Made by a program: the position numbers and the translations under genes
IMG/VR virus record: IMGVR_UViG_3300044631_002111
Coordinates: 1 to 57,691 of that record
Strand: one strand, 5' to 3'
DNA: 57,691 nucleotides
DNA from: a virus
Lineage: Duplodnaviria; Caudoviricetes
Notes under the pieces: generated by a model
Database searches by the model: none
Told to the model about the DNA's origin: nothing
Seen by the model: only the letters and a program-made list of their open reading frames with translations
Part shown: positions 1 through 9,295 of the stretch, piece after piece
How the letters are laid out: the number at the start of each line of letters is the position of its first letter
How positions within the stretch are numbered: the first letter of the stretch is position 1

Positions 1-1
1 G

Positions 2-3000
2 GTCAACTCCAATCAACCGAGCCACCAAGTCTTTGAAAGTCTCCCACGCCTCGCGCCACTTGCCGGTGACAGTGTTGCGCATCTTCAGACCTTTCATGTA
101 GTCACGGAACCCGCTTTCCGACATCATCGCCGCGGTCCATTCGTCGACATTGGAAAATCTATAGGCCTCTCGGTGCTGGTCGGTGGGAAGCTCCAACACT
201 CCTTCGTCAGTCATCGCTCTCACCGCCTCCAACTGCTCGCGGGTAAATTTTCCGCTTTTAATCGCGGCCTCGGTGGTCCGCTCAAAAAAGCGGTTTAAGT
301 CCCCGACAACTTGTCGCTGTCTGGCGTTGAGCGATGCCGAATTTTTTGGGTTTAAGAAGTATCCGAGCAAGCCGTGGGTGATCTCGTGCAAACCGGTTTC
401 CACTCCGCGCTCAGGAGTCATAGTTTCGGCATTCATGCCAACTACTCCGCTTCGGCGATCGTATTCGCCATACGCGTTCTCCAAATAGTCATAAATGCGT
501 AGTGGTATATTATCCACGTTAGCATCGTCCAACAGCCGACGAACTAAGGCCGAGTCCTCGCTGCTGATCGTCTTGGAGTCGAGCAACTCGGCAAGGAACT
601 CGCGAGCGTTGGTCTCACGAATAACTTGTGGCGGGGCATCGCGGTCGACCGGAAAGGCGGCTTCCTCCAAGGGAGACAAAAGTCTCTCGCTAACCAGCTT
701 CCCCTTTTCGTTGCGATGCTCTTTGCGCAGGATTTGTTCCAGAGAATAATTGTCGGCAATAAGACTTCCGCGCTCGCGGTTGGACATCTCTATTTTCCCG
801 TCACGAACCATCTTGTCCCCGCCCGCCAGCGAAGACTCCAGAGCGTCGGTGTCCGGTTTAAGCCCTCTCATCTCGGCTTCTGTCAACGAGCCATCTTTCA
901 CCAGTCTTTTTACAATGGCGACTTTGTCAGCTTGCGGGACATCTTCGTTGCGAAGAGCTTCGTACGCCGCTTTTTTGACCTCTATGTCGATACCGGCGTT
1001 GGGGTTTTCTTCCGGCGCGGGAGCAACATCTACTAAAGACTTGTTTTCCTTATCGTCGCCCGAGATGACCGTATCTTCGATTACTTTGGCACCGGCTTTT
1101 TCCGCGTTGGCCTCAACGGTCTTGGTGGCCTTAAGCGCGTTGTCCAATTTGCCTTCCACATACTTTTTGAACTCCGCGGGCGCCATCGTCCAAGGATTGG
1201 ACTGGTTTTCCGCCGCTTCTCTTTGGGCCTGCAAATCCCGAAGCCTATCTTTTACGGCGCGCGGCGTTCTTTTTGCTCGCGTGGTCTGCTCTTGCAGCTT
1301 AGCGATCTGCTTATCGAGAGCCTCAAGTTTGGCTAGGTTAGATTTTGTCTTACGGGCGGGAATCGACTTGTCGTCGGCGCGCTTGACTAGGTCAGCGAGA
1401 ATGTTGCCCAAGGCTATTCTGGCCAACGAGTCGCGCGACCCCCCATATCCGGCGTATTTGGGGAAGGCCTTCGCCTGATCAAACGAAGCCCCGTAATCCG
1501 TTTCCCGATCAAAGTTGTTGCGGCGAGCAACTAGATCGGGAACCAACGCCTCCTCGGGATAAAGTTTGCGCAACCTTTCCGCGTAAGCCTCGAACACGTC
1601 GTTGCCTGCGCGATTCTCTAATAGACTTCCCAACTCTTTGAGCTGCATCCGCGGCAAACCGAGCGCACGGTTCAAGAAGTCGTAGGACTTGGTGAACAAG
1701 TCATTGAGCTTGGCCTGTTTGTCGGCCGGGAGACTTTCAAGTGCTGGCCGTAGTTCGGCCAGATCTCGCTCGTATTGGAATACAGACGTGGCTCTGTCTT
1801 TGAGCGGACGCCCCCGAGCATCCAGACGGGGCGCTACGTATTCGGGGATCGGACCTAAGTCTATTCCGACTTCTCTTGCGAGTCCTCCCAACTCGTTGGC
1901 AATGCGAAGCCTATCGGGCCCTCCGGCCCGATCTCGACCTCCTCCACTGGTATATTGTCCCAGGGATTCTCTGAGACGGACTGTTGCGGACTCTGTGTCG
2001 GCTCCGATTGACTCGGCGTCACCTTTGTAGACTTTGATTTTTCCATAATTGTTTTCTTGAGCGAAACGCTTTAGCGCGGTCAACGCGGTTCCGCTTTGTT
2101 CGGGGTTTTTTACTAGAACGTAAACTTGAACGCTACCAGTTTCGGGGTTCTTGACTAGCGTCGCGCCTTTGAGGCCGACTTCGGACAGACGCGAATTGAC
2201 GTAGTTAAAAAGTTTGGTGTCGGTGGCAATCTCGTAAAGGGAAGCGGCACCTCCACTGCGTTGCTTGAACAGGTCCACCGGGTTCCCCGATTTAACCGCT
2301 TTCAGCGTCTCGATCGTCTTCATCCAGTTCATGCCGGATGCGCCGCTGTAGCGTGACAGTGCGCTGGCTGCAAAGCCGTCAGGAAGACTGACCAAGGCGT
2401 CGTTGAGAGAAATCCGCGTGTTGGCCTTAGCCGACTCGTTTACTCCAGATCCCAACAAGTTGTGGACTCGCTCGGAAAAATCTTTGAACTGAACTCGGTC
2501 GAAGTCGCCTAACGCTCGTTCCGCTTCTTCGGGCGTATTGAATCTATTCTGGCGGAACGGAGACAGGCCCAAGCCGACTTGGCTATTAGAGATGTTCTGG
2601 ACATTGACCCCCGAGACGTCGCGGTTGCCCTGCATCGGGAATACTTCCAGATCGGTGTTAACAAGTTCTTCGGGTGCGGGAGCTTCGGGCGCGACCGGGG
2701 GAGCTTCGGGCGCGACCGGGGGAGCTTCGGGAGCGGGAGCTTCGGGCGCGGGAGCTTCGGGTGCGACCGGAGGCGGTGCAACGACGTTGTCTTCCGTAGC
2801 GGGGGCAACTTCGGGTGCGACCGGCAGAGCTTCGGGCGCGACCGAGGGAGCTTCCGCGACCGGAGGGCGGTTCATAGTCCAGTATACTTCTGCACCAATT
2901 TGTCCCCCAGATACCGGTCGGAGTGTGCCCCCGTATCCGTTTGTCTTGGCCCAGTCTACGAACTCTTCTTTGGTCTTCGATTGCGCAACACCCGCCAACA

Positions 3001-4267
3001 ACGTCTCGTCGGGCACGCGGGTAGGGTCGGGTCGAGACGCCCCCGCTTTAGGCGCCAGGTTGTCGTTGGCGGGTGCTTCGGGTGCTTCGGGTGCTTCGGG
3101 TGTGGGAGGGGCGGGGTTAGCTTTTCTCCACTGATCAATAGACTTCTTGGTGACACTGCCGCGTTCATTTGCGGGGACCTGAGCAATATCTACGCCCAAC
3201 TTCTCGGCGTAAGCCTGTGCCGCGGATGTTATTTTTGGTCCGGCAGGCTTTGCGGCGGCTTCCGTTATGTCGGTAGTTTCGGCTGCGGGAGGAACAATCG
3301 GCTTCTCGGCAATTTGTTTAGACTGTTGACGAAGCGCCTCGGCCGTCTGCGGAAGAGTCCCGGTGGATTCAGCAACACTCGCGGCACTCTCAGTAGCCTC
3401 CACGGCACGGGATTTGCCCGCGATCGCATCGTCCACAAGTTGTTGCTCCTCGGGCGTAACGGGCGTTTCCAAAGGCGCACCATCCTTGACCGGGGCAGCT
3501 TCGGGCGTTGCCTCTAAGACAGATGGCGCTTTGGGTTTCTGCCCGTTAAGGAATACCCCGCCAGGACCGACCCAAGGTTTGACCGCCAGACCCGCCACGC
3601 CCATCGCCGCTGCGGTCGGCAAGTCCCTGCCTTGCGCCAGCTCCATACCCGTTTGCGCCCCCAATCCGGCCGCGCCTCCCAACACGTTGCCGAAGTCTTG
3701 CATGGCGCGGGTCGCCTGCGGACCGGATTGTTCGAGAGCGGCACGGGCCTCTTTGTTGACCAGCGACTTGGCGACTTGGGCGACGCCAGCTCTGCCTTCG
3801 GCGGTTCCGATTGCGCGGGCGATGCCGAGGGGTTGAGACAGGCTTGGTCGACCCATGCCGATAAGAGATCCTCCAAAAGATGCTATGGGATTTGTCTCGT
3901 AATCGGCTTGAGCTGATTTGGTACCCATAATCGACTCAGGGGCCACCTCGTCAGCCACCACATCTTGCGCCTTGCGAACGCCCATGCCGGTCGCCATCGC
4001 TCCGCCAAGCGCGCCCACTATTGCCGCAGCGGGCCTCAGAGCTGCGGGGGTTAAAGCCGTCGCGACTTTCGCGGCCACCGGGGCTATGGCGGTGGCAGTG
4101 ATTCCGGGCACCACGCTGCGGACTGCTTCGCGACCAAATGAACCGAGCGCGCTAGGTTCTTCTTCTTCGGGCGCTTCCGGGCTTTTCAAATACGCGTCTG
4201 GGTCGAAAGCGTTCGACGCCGCAGAAGGGGTTTCTCCCTTCAGATACTCGTCTGGGTTAAAAGCCAT
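2..4267 (-). CDS. Large internal virion/ejected 'polyvalent'-type protein with zincin HExxH metallopeptidase domain (3'-truncated by the window edge)
   Basis: Not in the ORF track. ATG at 4267 (MAFNPDEYLKGETP...), 5 nt after the upstream stop, and I read it open to the window edge. All + strand shadow ORFs from 183 to 4271 share one phase, consistent with one long gene. HEITH at 374-388 is followed by NVDEWTA; Pro/Ala/Glu APEAP linker at ~2670-2860. Confidence 0.85.
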   Translation of the reverse strand, partial: MAFNPDEYLKGETPSAASNAFDPDAYLKSPEAPEEEEPSALGSFGREAVRSVVPGITATAIAPVAAKVATALTPAALRPAAAIVGALGGAMATGMGVRKAQDVVADEVAPESIMGTKSAQADYETNPIASFGGSLIGMGRPSLSQPLGIARAIGTAEGRAGVAQVAKSLVNKEARAALEQSGPQATRAMQDFGNVLGGAAGLGAQTGMELAQGRDLPTAAAMGVAGLAVKPWVGPGGVFLNGQKPKAPSVLEATPEAAPVKDGAPLETPVTPEEQQLVDDAIAGKSRAVEATESAASVAESTGTLPQTAEALRQQSKQIAEKPIVPPAAETTDITEAAAKPAGPKITSAAQAYAEKLGVDIAQVPANERGSVTKKSIDQWRKANPAPPTPEAPEAPEAPANDNLAPKAGASRPDPTRVPDETLLAGVAQSKTKEEFVDWAKTNGYGGTLRPVSGGQIGAEVYWTMNRPPVAEAPSVAPEALPVAPEVAPATEDNVVAPPPVAPEAPAPEAPAPEAPPVAPEAPPVAPEAPAPEELVNTDLEVFPMQGNRDVSGVNVQNISNSQVGLGLSPFRQNRFNTPEEAERALGDFDRVQFKDFSERVHNLLGSGVNESAKANTRISLNDALVSLPDGFAASALSRYSGASGMNWMKTIETLKAVKSGNPVDLFKQRSGGAASLYEIATDTKLFNYVNSRLSEVGLKGATLVKNPETGSVQVYVLVKNPEQSGTALTALKRFAQENNYGKIKVYKGDAESIGADTESATVRLRESLGQYTSGGGRDRAGGPDRLRIANELGGLAREVGIDLGPIPEYVAPRLDARGRPLKDRATSVFQYERDLAELRPALESLPADKQAKLNDLFTKSYDFLNRALGLPRMQLKELGSLLENRAGNDVFEAYAERLRKLYPEEALVPDLVARRNNFDRETDYGASFDQAKAFPKYAGYGGSRDSLARIALGNILADLVKRADDKSIPARKTKSNLAKLEALDKQIAKLQEQTTRAKRTPRAVKDRLRDLQAQREAAENQSNPWTMAPAEFKKYVEGKLDNALKATKTVEANAEKAGAKVIEDTVISGDDKENKSLVDVAPAPEENPNAGIDIEVKKAAYEALRNEDVPQADKVAIVKRLVKDGSLTEAEMRGLKPDTDALESSLAGGDKMVRDGKIEMSNRERGSLIADNYSLEQILRKEHRNEKGKLVSERLLSPLEEAAFPVDRDAPPQVIRETNAREFLAELLDSKTISSEDSALVRRLLDDANVDNIPLRIYDYLENAYGEYDRRSGVVGMNAETMTPERGVETGLHEITHGLLGYFLNPKNSASLNARQRQVVGDLNRFFERTTEAAIKSGKFTREQLEAVRAMTDEGVLELPTDQHREAYRFSNVDEWTAAMMSESGFRDYMKGLKMRNTVTGKWREAWETFKDLVARLIGVD

Positions 4268-4271
4268 TTAG

Positions 4272-6302
4272 TTAGCTCCCTAGTTTGGCTTGGATTTTGT
4301 TTTTAATGTCCTGAGACCTTGGGTCGTCGGGGTTTGAATTGGCCCACGACAATGCTTCCAAATCTTGCGCACTAAGTTTTTGCAGATTAGCGAGGCTGGC
4401 CGCTGGGGATGCGGACGGCTCCTCTGGGGCGGCTTCCCCTAAATCAATGCCCAGCTCTTTGGCGCGAGCGTAACCGACGCCCAACGCGTTTTGCGCTTGG
4501 TTCATCTGCTCTTGAAGCGCTTGTTTCGCTTCGGGAAGAAGGAGCGGATCGGCAAGTTGCGTGGTATACTTAGCGATCTGTCCCTGGGAACGAGCGATTT
4601 GATTTAGAACCGCGTTTTCTTGGACCGTCTGGGCCGTCTGCCTACGAAGCTCCAGAGCTTCGTCCGCTCTCCCTGCATTTGCCTGCTGTAGTGCCAATCT
4701 TTCCTGCGCATCCTCCAGTTTGCTGGCCGTGGCCTCTTGAGCAACTGTCTTATCCTGCTGACTGAGCGCCGGAGCCAATTGGTTAGCGGCCTGCTTTTTG
4801 TAGTCGGCATCTCGCTGATCGCCCAAGTTCGTCGGCTGCATGGCCAAAGCCTCGGTAGCAATCTCAGCTTGGGTGGGATTCTGCCCATTAGCGCGAGCCC
4901 GCAAAACTTGGCGAGCCAGCTCCACGTTCCGGTTGGGATACCGGGGGTTGTTTTTGGGCAACAATTCGTCAACGCTTTGGCCCGTCAGCCTTGAGGCAGA
5001 CTCGGCTGCGTCCGCGATAGATTTGACTGTTTCGGCGTTGCGGATCGGGTCTGGGCTATTGCCGACGCCCAGCGCATCCCTCAGAAGTCGTTTGGAATCC
5101 ACCTCAGCGAAAAATTTTTGGGCGGCTTCGGGTGAAGTGCGCTCACGGAAGTCTTGCTCTTGTTGGGCCCGTTGCGTGAAACGAATTCGATCAATGTTCT
5201 CATCAACTCGTTTTCGGGAAGACTCTTCGGCCGAGGGACGGGCAACCCGATCTATTTGCTCCATAGATCCGGTGGCGGTTCCTCGATAAGTTCCGTCCGG
5301 TCCGTACAACTTCTGTTGGTAGCGACCATCGGACAACCTCTCGGTGTTGGCGGGCAGAGGCCCTTCAGCCGACTCAACCGGCGGCTGAACCGGCTCCTGA
5401 GCGGGTGCTAGCGGCTCTGGTTGCGCGGGCTGCTTCATCGACTCGGGGGTGAAGTAGTCCGCCACCGCATCGTTGGCCTGCTTGAGATACGGGTAAGGCG
5501 TATAGTTGTTGAGCAGATAGCCCGTTCCATCACCGACACCCCGCAGAATTTGTGACGCGACCCGCCCGGCGTCAGACACCGCCGCGGGCGCTTGCTCCCA
5601 GAAGTTGGGCTTGGCTTCGGGTAAAGCATAAGGCTGCTCATCCGCCTGCGGGTTTTCGCTGTGGTAATCGGAGAGCCTGTCATAAATCGCTTTGCCCGCA
5701 CCTAAAGCCGCGGCACCCCCAACGAGATAGGGGCTCTTAAACTTCAAGGCGTTGTTGGCGATAGCTGCCAGCGCCCCGTAGTTTGTCGCATTCACTGCCG
5801 CATCTCGGGCGGTATTGATGTCGTAACCAGCTCCGGTTGCGTCGCTGGCTCTGGGGACTACGGCATCGGCAACCCCGACCGCTGCGGGAACAACAAATGC
5901 CGGGGAAGCGAGGGCGCGGCCTGCGCGGGCCAGCATTCCGGGGGATTGGGCGGCTGCGGCCATTTTGGCGGCACCGGTCTCGGCGGCGGTAGCTTTGCTG
6001 GCGGCTTCTTCGGGAGAAACCATCGTGAAGCGCTTTTCAGCTTGAGCTGCGGCTGCCGCCTGATTGGCCGCTTTAGTCTCTTGGAACGCAGCCCTAGCTT
6101 CGGCGTTCGTCTGACCCGCAGCCTTGGTTCCCGCGTTCGGGTTTATAAAATCGTCCATGGCCGCGGCACCTTTTGCGGCGGCGTCGGGCTTCGGAGCGGG
6201 CTTTACCGCCCCGCCCGACATTTCTTGTGCGGAAGGCTTGGCCGCTTTGGCGTTTTCGGCTTCGGCCGCTACTTCTTCGGGAGTGAGCTTTTTCTTAGCC
6301 AT
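4272..6302 (-). CDS. Internal virion (ejection) protein, Ala/Gln-rich
   Basis: 676-aa ORF, helical low-complexity sequence with Gly/Ala hydrophobic segments, located just before the giant internal protein as in podoviruses. Confidence 0.6.
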   Translation of the reverse strand: MAKKKLTPEEVAAEAENAKAAKPSAQEMSGGAVKPAPKPDAAAKGAAAMDDFINPNAGTKAAGQTNAEARAAFQETKAANQAAAAAQAEKRFTMVSPEEAASKATAAETGAAKMAAAAQSPGMLARAGRALASPAFVVPAAVGVADAVVPRASDATGAGYDINTARDAAVNATNYGALAAIANNALKFKSPYLVGGAAALGAGKAIYDRLSDYHSENPQADEQPYALPEAKPNFWEQAPAAVSDAGRVASQILRGVGDGTGYLLNNYTPYPYLKQANDAVADYFTPESMKQPAQPEPLAPAQEPVQPPVESAEGPLPANTERLSDGRYQQKLYGPDGTYRGTATGSMEQIDRVARPSAEESSRKRVDENIDRIRFTQRAQQEQDFRERTSPEAAQKFFAEVDSKRLLRDALGVGNSPDPIRNAETVKSIADAAESASRLTGQSVDELLPKNNPRYPNRNVELARQVLRARANGQNPTQAEIATEALAMQPTNLGDQRDADYKKQAANQLAPALSQQDKTVAQEATASKLEDAQERLALQQANAGRADEALELRRQTAQTVQENAVLNQIARSQGQIAKYTTQLADPLLLPEAKQALQEQMNQAQNALGVGYARAKELGIDLGEAAPEEPSASPAASLANLQKLSAQDLEALSWANSNPDDPRSQDIKNKIQAKLGS

Positions 6303-6308
6303 AATTTA

Positions 6309-7703
6309 TTAGGAACGAGAATTCCGGTAACGCTGGTAGTAGTCGGCGCGAGCCGCCGCACCCATTTGCGCGGGCGTAGGCCGAGGAGAAGTGTTCCGGG
6401 TCACCTCGCCCGTTGCGGGATCAAGGGAACTTACCGTTCTAGCCAGCCCACGTTGCTCAAGGGTCAGGTTGGGCGCCGGAGCTGCGGGCGCGGAGGGAGC
6501 TTGAGCTGCGGGCGCGGCTGGGGCTTGGGGAGATCCTGCCGCCGAACCGCTCGAAGAATATTGCCCAGGACGATAGTTTGGATTGGACGCCCGATAAGCA
6601 TTGGCCTGTTTGGAGTTGAACGTATCTTCACCGGCACGCATACGGTCCATGTTCAACTTGTCGTTGATACTTTTGGGGTCGAACGGGGTTCCAGTCTCCG
6701 TGCGGAAACGGGCCATCTCTTCCGCGGAGGGCCCCTGAAAGCCTTGGGGCTTGGCGGGCGAAGCGACCGACGCCGATTTGACATCGTATTTGAGGGGCTC
6801 TGTCGCTGTTTGCGGGCTGGCTTGACGCGTGATCTGCGGAGTCGTGCTGCCCGGAGCCGGTGCATCAATGCGCATGGCGTCCCCTGCCCCGCCCGTATTG
6901 GCGGTGAGTCCTTGCGGCATGTCGATACGCGAGGGAACCGCACGATTGGCGGAGTTGATCTCAGTCTGGCGCATGGCCTCGGGGTTCATGTAAGGGGAGC
7001 CCGATCCGGTCGCCGTGTCATAAAGTTTCGCCGCGCCTGCGGCTCCGGCCACGCTTCCGCCGACTGATCCCACAGCGGTTCCAACAGGACCGGCCAGAGT
7101 TCCAGCCGCACCTCCCGCAAGCCTTCCCCCGAGACTGCCGAGTCCCGCAGCAATACCACGACCAACCGACCCGCCCTCGTATCCGTAAGCGGCCCCCTGC
7201 AACGCGTCGCCCACAAACGGAAGGGCTTTTCCCACCATGCTGCCTGCGCCCGCAGCGGCGCGACCGACCCCACCCTCCAGCATTGGAGGAACGGTGGCCC
7301 CGCCGGTTCCGGGGAGGGTGCGCACGTTGAGAACCTGCGCGGGTTTCATCGCGGGAGCGGCCGAAGGAGCAGTCGCGGGCGCTGCGTTCGGGCGAACGGC
7401 CAGCGGCATAGAATCGCCAGCTCCTAGGGCCGCGGTCGGCATGGGGCGCATGCCCATGCTGCTGCCGTATTGCCCCGGAGTGTAGCCAGCTTGATAGTTC
7501 GCAGCAGCTCGGACATTGGCCGCACCTTGCGGGTCATAAACTCCATACATGTTGGGACGAGCGCCACCGCCAGCAAACTCACCGAGAGTAATGTTGCCGC
7601 CCGGATTGACGAAGGGGACTTGCGGCGTGGGCACCACTACCGGTGCGACGCGGGGGGTTAGCGGAAGTTCGGGTTGGGCGATGTTGTAAGCGAATGTAGC
7701 CAT
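6309..7703 (-). CDS. Internal virion/DNA pilot-like protein, Gly/Ala-rich
   Basis: 464 aa with a glycine-zipper segment (GLGSLGGRLAGGAAGTLAGPVGTAVG); synteny. Confidence 0.55.
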   Translation of the reverse strand: MATFAYNIAQPELPLTPRVAPVVVPTPQVPFVNPGGNITLGEFAGGGARPNMYGVYDPQGAANVRAAANYQAGYTPGQYGSSMGMRPMPTAALGAGDSMPLAVRPNAAPATAPSAAPAMKPAQVLNVRTLPGTGGATVPPMLEGGVGRAAAGAGSMVGKALPFVGDALQGAAYGYEGGSVGRGIAAGLGSLGGRLAGGAAGTLAGPVGTAVGSVGGSVAGAAGAAKLYDTATGSGSPYMNPEAMRQTEINSANRAVPSRIDMPQGLTANTGGAGDAMRIDAPAPGSTTPQITRQASPQTATEPLKYDVKSASVASPAKPQGFQGPSAEEMARFRTETGTPFDPKSINDKLNMDRMRAGEDTFNSKQANAYRASNPNYRPGQYSSSGSAAGSPQAPAAPAAQAPSAPAAPAPNLTLEQRGLARTVSSLDPATGEVTRNTSPRPTPAQMGAAARADYYQRYRNSRS

Positions 7704-7724
7704 AATAGTGAGCGGGGTTGGTGG

Positions 7725-8711
7725 TTAGTATCGAGCGGGTATCCGCATTGCTGCGGCTATCGGGTTCATCTGAAGAGTTACGATGGGGGCGCCCATGTCC
7801 TCCTTGAGTTCGGAGTTCAAGAGCTGCAAAGCCTTGGAGAAATAGGTGTCGGCGCGTTCGAGGTCGTTCTTGTCCTCGTATTGCAACGCCATGAGCGTCA
7901 TTTTGACCGCGCCTTCGTTGTCGGGGATCAAGACGGTGTCGTCGTCTGGCCCGTTGACCAGCGCCACAAACCGTCGCTTGCAGAGGCAGTCGATCGTGTT
8001 GGTGAAATCCGCGGACGCCAACTTGTAGCGCTTGTAGCTCGGCACGGTTTCGGTGGGCTCGTAGGACGCAATCTGGCTCGACTGGGCCGAGTTGCTGGGG
8101 TTTACCGCGAACAAGTTGACAGCTCCCTCGGTGATTGGCTTGCGGATCGAGGTGATCTTGGAGATCGCCGTGCTGACCGTGACGCCGCTCTGGGTCAGCT
8201 CAACCTCCAGTCCGGTGTTTCCGTCTGCGTCAAACACGGGCTTGCCGGAGCCGTCCAGCGCGGTGAAGTGGACGAACTTCCCAACGTCGCCCGAATCGGT
8301 GATCTGAAAACGAGGGTAAAAAGAAGTTGTAGGGTCGGACCACGTAATGAACCCGTCCCCGGCGTCCACGACTTTTTGCATCCCGGTCCCGGCAGAAATG
8401 GTGCCCGCTCCCCCGGCGATATACTCCTGCCAACGGGGATAGGTAAGGCGAGGATAGCGGTCGAAGGTTACGCCCAGGACCGCCTGAAACTGGCGCGGAA
8501 GGGTCAGAGTCTTCGGAACCGCTGCCGCCCACCACTCGGTTGTTGCCCCCGACATGTTGAAGGAAACCGAAGAAAGGAGGCCTTTCCACTTGCCCGAGTT
8601 ATAAATGCGCTCCAGGGCAGAATTGATTTTTTCCGTAACGAGGTCGTCGTTCAGCACGGGGCTGACGTACCGGAACAACTTCTGTCTAGCTTGGGAAAGG
8701 GTTAGAGGCAT
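7725..8711 (-). CDS. Putative head-tail adaptor / tail tubular protein
   Basis: 328 aa with N-terminal 'INSALERIY..GKW' helix and a C-terminal helical pair typical of podoviral adaptors; position in the virion operon. Confidence 0.5.
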   Translation of the reverse strand: MPLTLSQARQKLFRYVSPVLNDDLVTEKINSALERIYNSGKWKGLLSSVSFNMSGATTEWWAAAVPKTLTLPRQFQAVLGVTFDRYPRLTYPRWQEYIAGGAGTISAGTGMQKVVDAGDGFITWSDPTTSFYPRFQITDSGDVGKFVHFTALDGSGKPVFDADGNTGLEVELTQSGVTVSTAISKITSIRKPITEGAVNLFAVNPSNSAQSSQIASYEPTETVPSYKRYKLASADFTNTIDCLCKRRFVALVNGPDDDTVLIPDNEGAVKMTLMALQYEDKNDLERADTYFSKALQLLNSELKEDMGAPIVTLQMNPIAAAMRIPARY

Positions 8712-8818
8712 TGGGTAAAGGTTGGGAAACTGACGTCACCAGCCTGTAACCAAGCTATCGGGGACAATGTGTCTTGGTGTGTGCGTTCCTGTCAAGTCTT
8801 ATTTGTGGTATGTGATAC

Positions 8819-9295
8819 CTACCACTTTCCAATAGGGCATTTTTCAGTGGCCATTCTAAGTTTGGCCCAGGTTGAGCAACCGCACTTCATGCAGCGCCCA
8901 GTGCCGTTGAAAGCTTTTGCGTTCCAAAATTCGCAAGCTTCGCAAACAGATTGTCTTTGTTTGAGAACCTCTCCAGAAGCTAAAGGAACTCCTTGTTGCG
9001 CCCACGTAGAAGCAGATTTAACCGCCGTTTTTGCCATTTGGAAAAGTGAAGGCGGTTGCGTTTGGGGGCTTTCATTTTGGTTGTCCGTTACATTTTTGCT
9101 TCTGTTTTCAAAATCTTCGATTGTTTGTTTAGCAAGTATTGCGTTAGGATCTACAGCCAGCATTGAGCACAAAACCGGCCCCCATATTGATCGAGGGCAC
9201 TTAGCGCACGGATCGGCGAAATCCACTTTGCACCCACAGTCCACACACGTAAGTTTGCGCGATCTTACAACGCACTCTGGTAATACTGTATTCAT
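8819..9295 (-). CDS. Cys-rich protein (DUF6171-like C-terminus)
   Basis: R..VCEACE...CMKCGC...K.....CPIGKW motif plus a second CxxC/CP..W unit at the N-terminus. Confidence 0.6.
   Translation of the reverse strand: MNTVLPECVVRSRKLTCVDCGCKVDFADPCAKCPRSIWGPVLCSMLAVDPNAILAKQTIEDFENRSKNVTDNQNESPQTQPPSLFQMAKTAVKSASTWAQQGVPLASGEVLKQRQSVCEACEFWNAKAFNGTGRCMKCGCSTWAKLRMATEKCPIGKW

Noticed and set aside
504-516. 13-bp motif-like GGTATATTATCCA
   Set aside because: Only a partial match and deep inside a CDS; may be chance.
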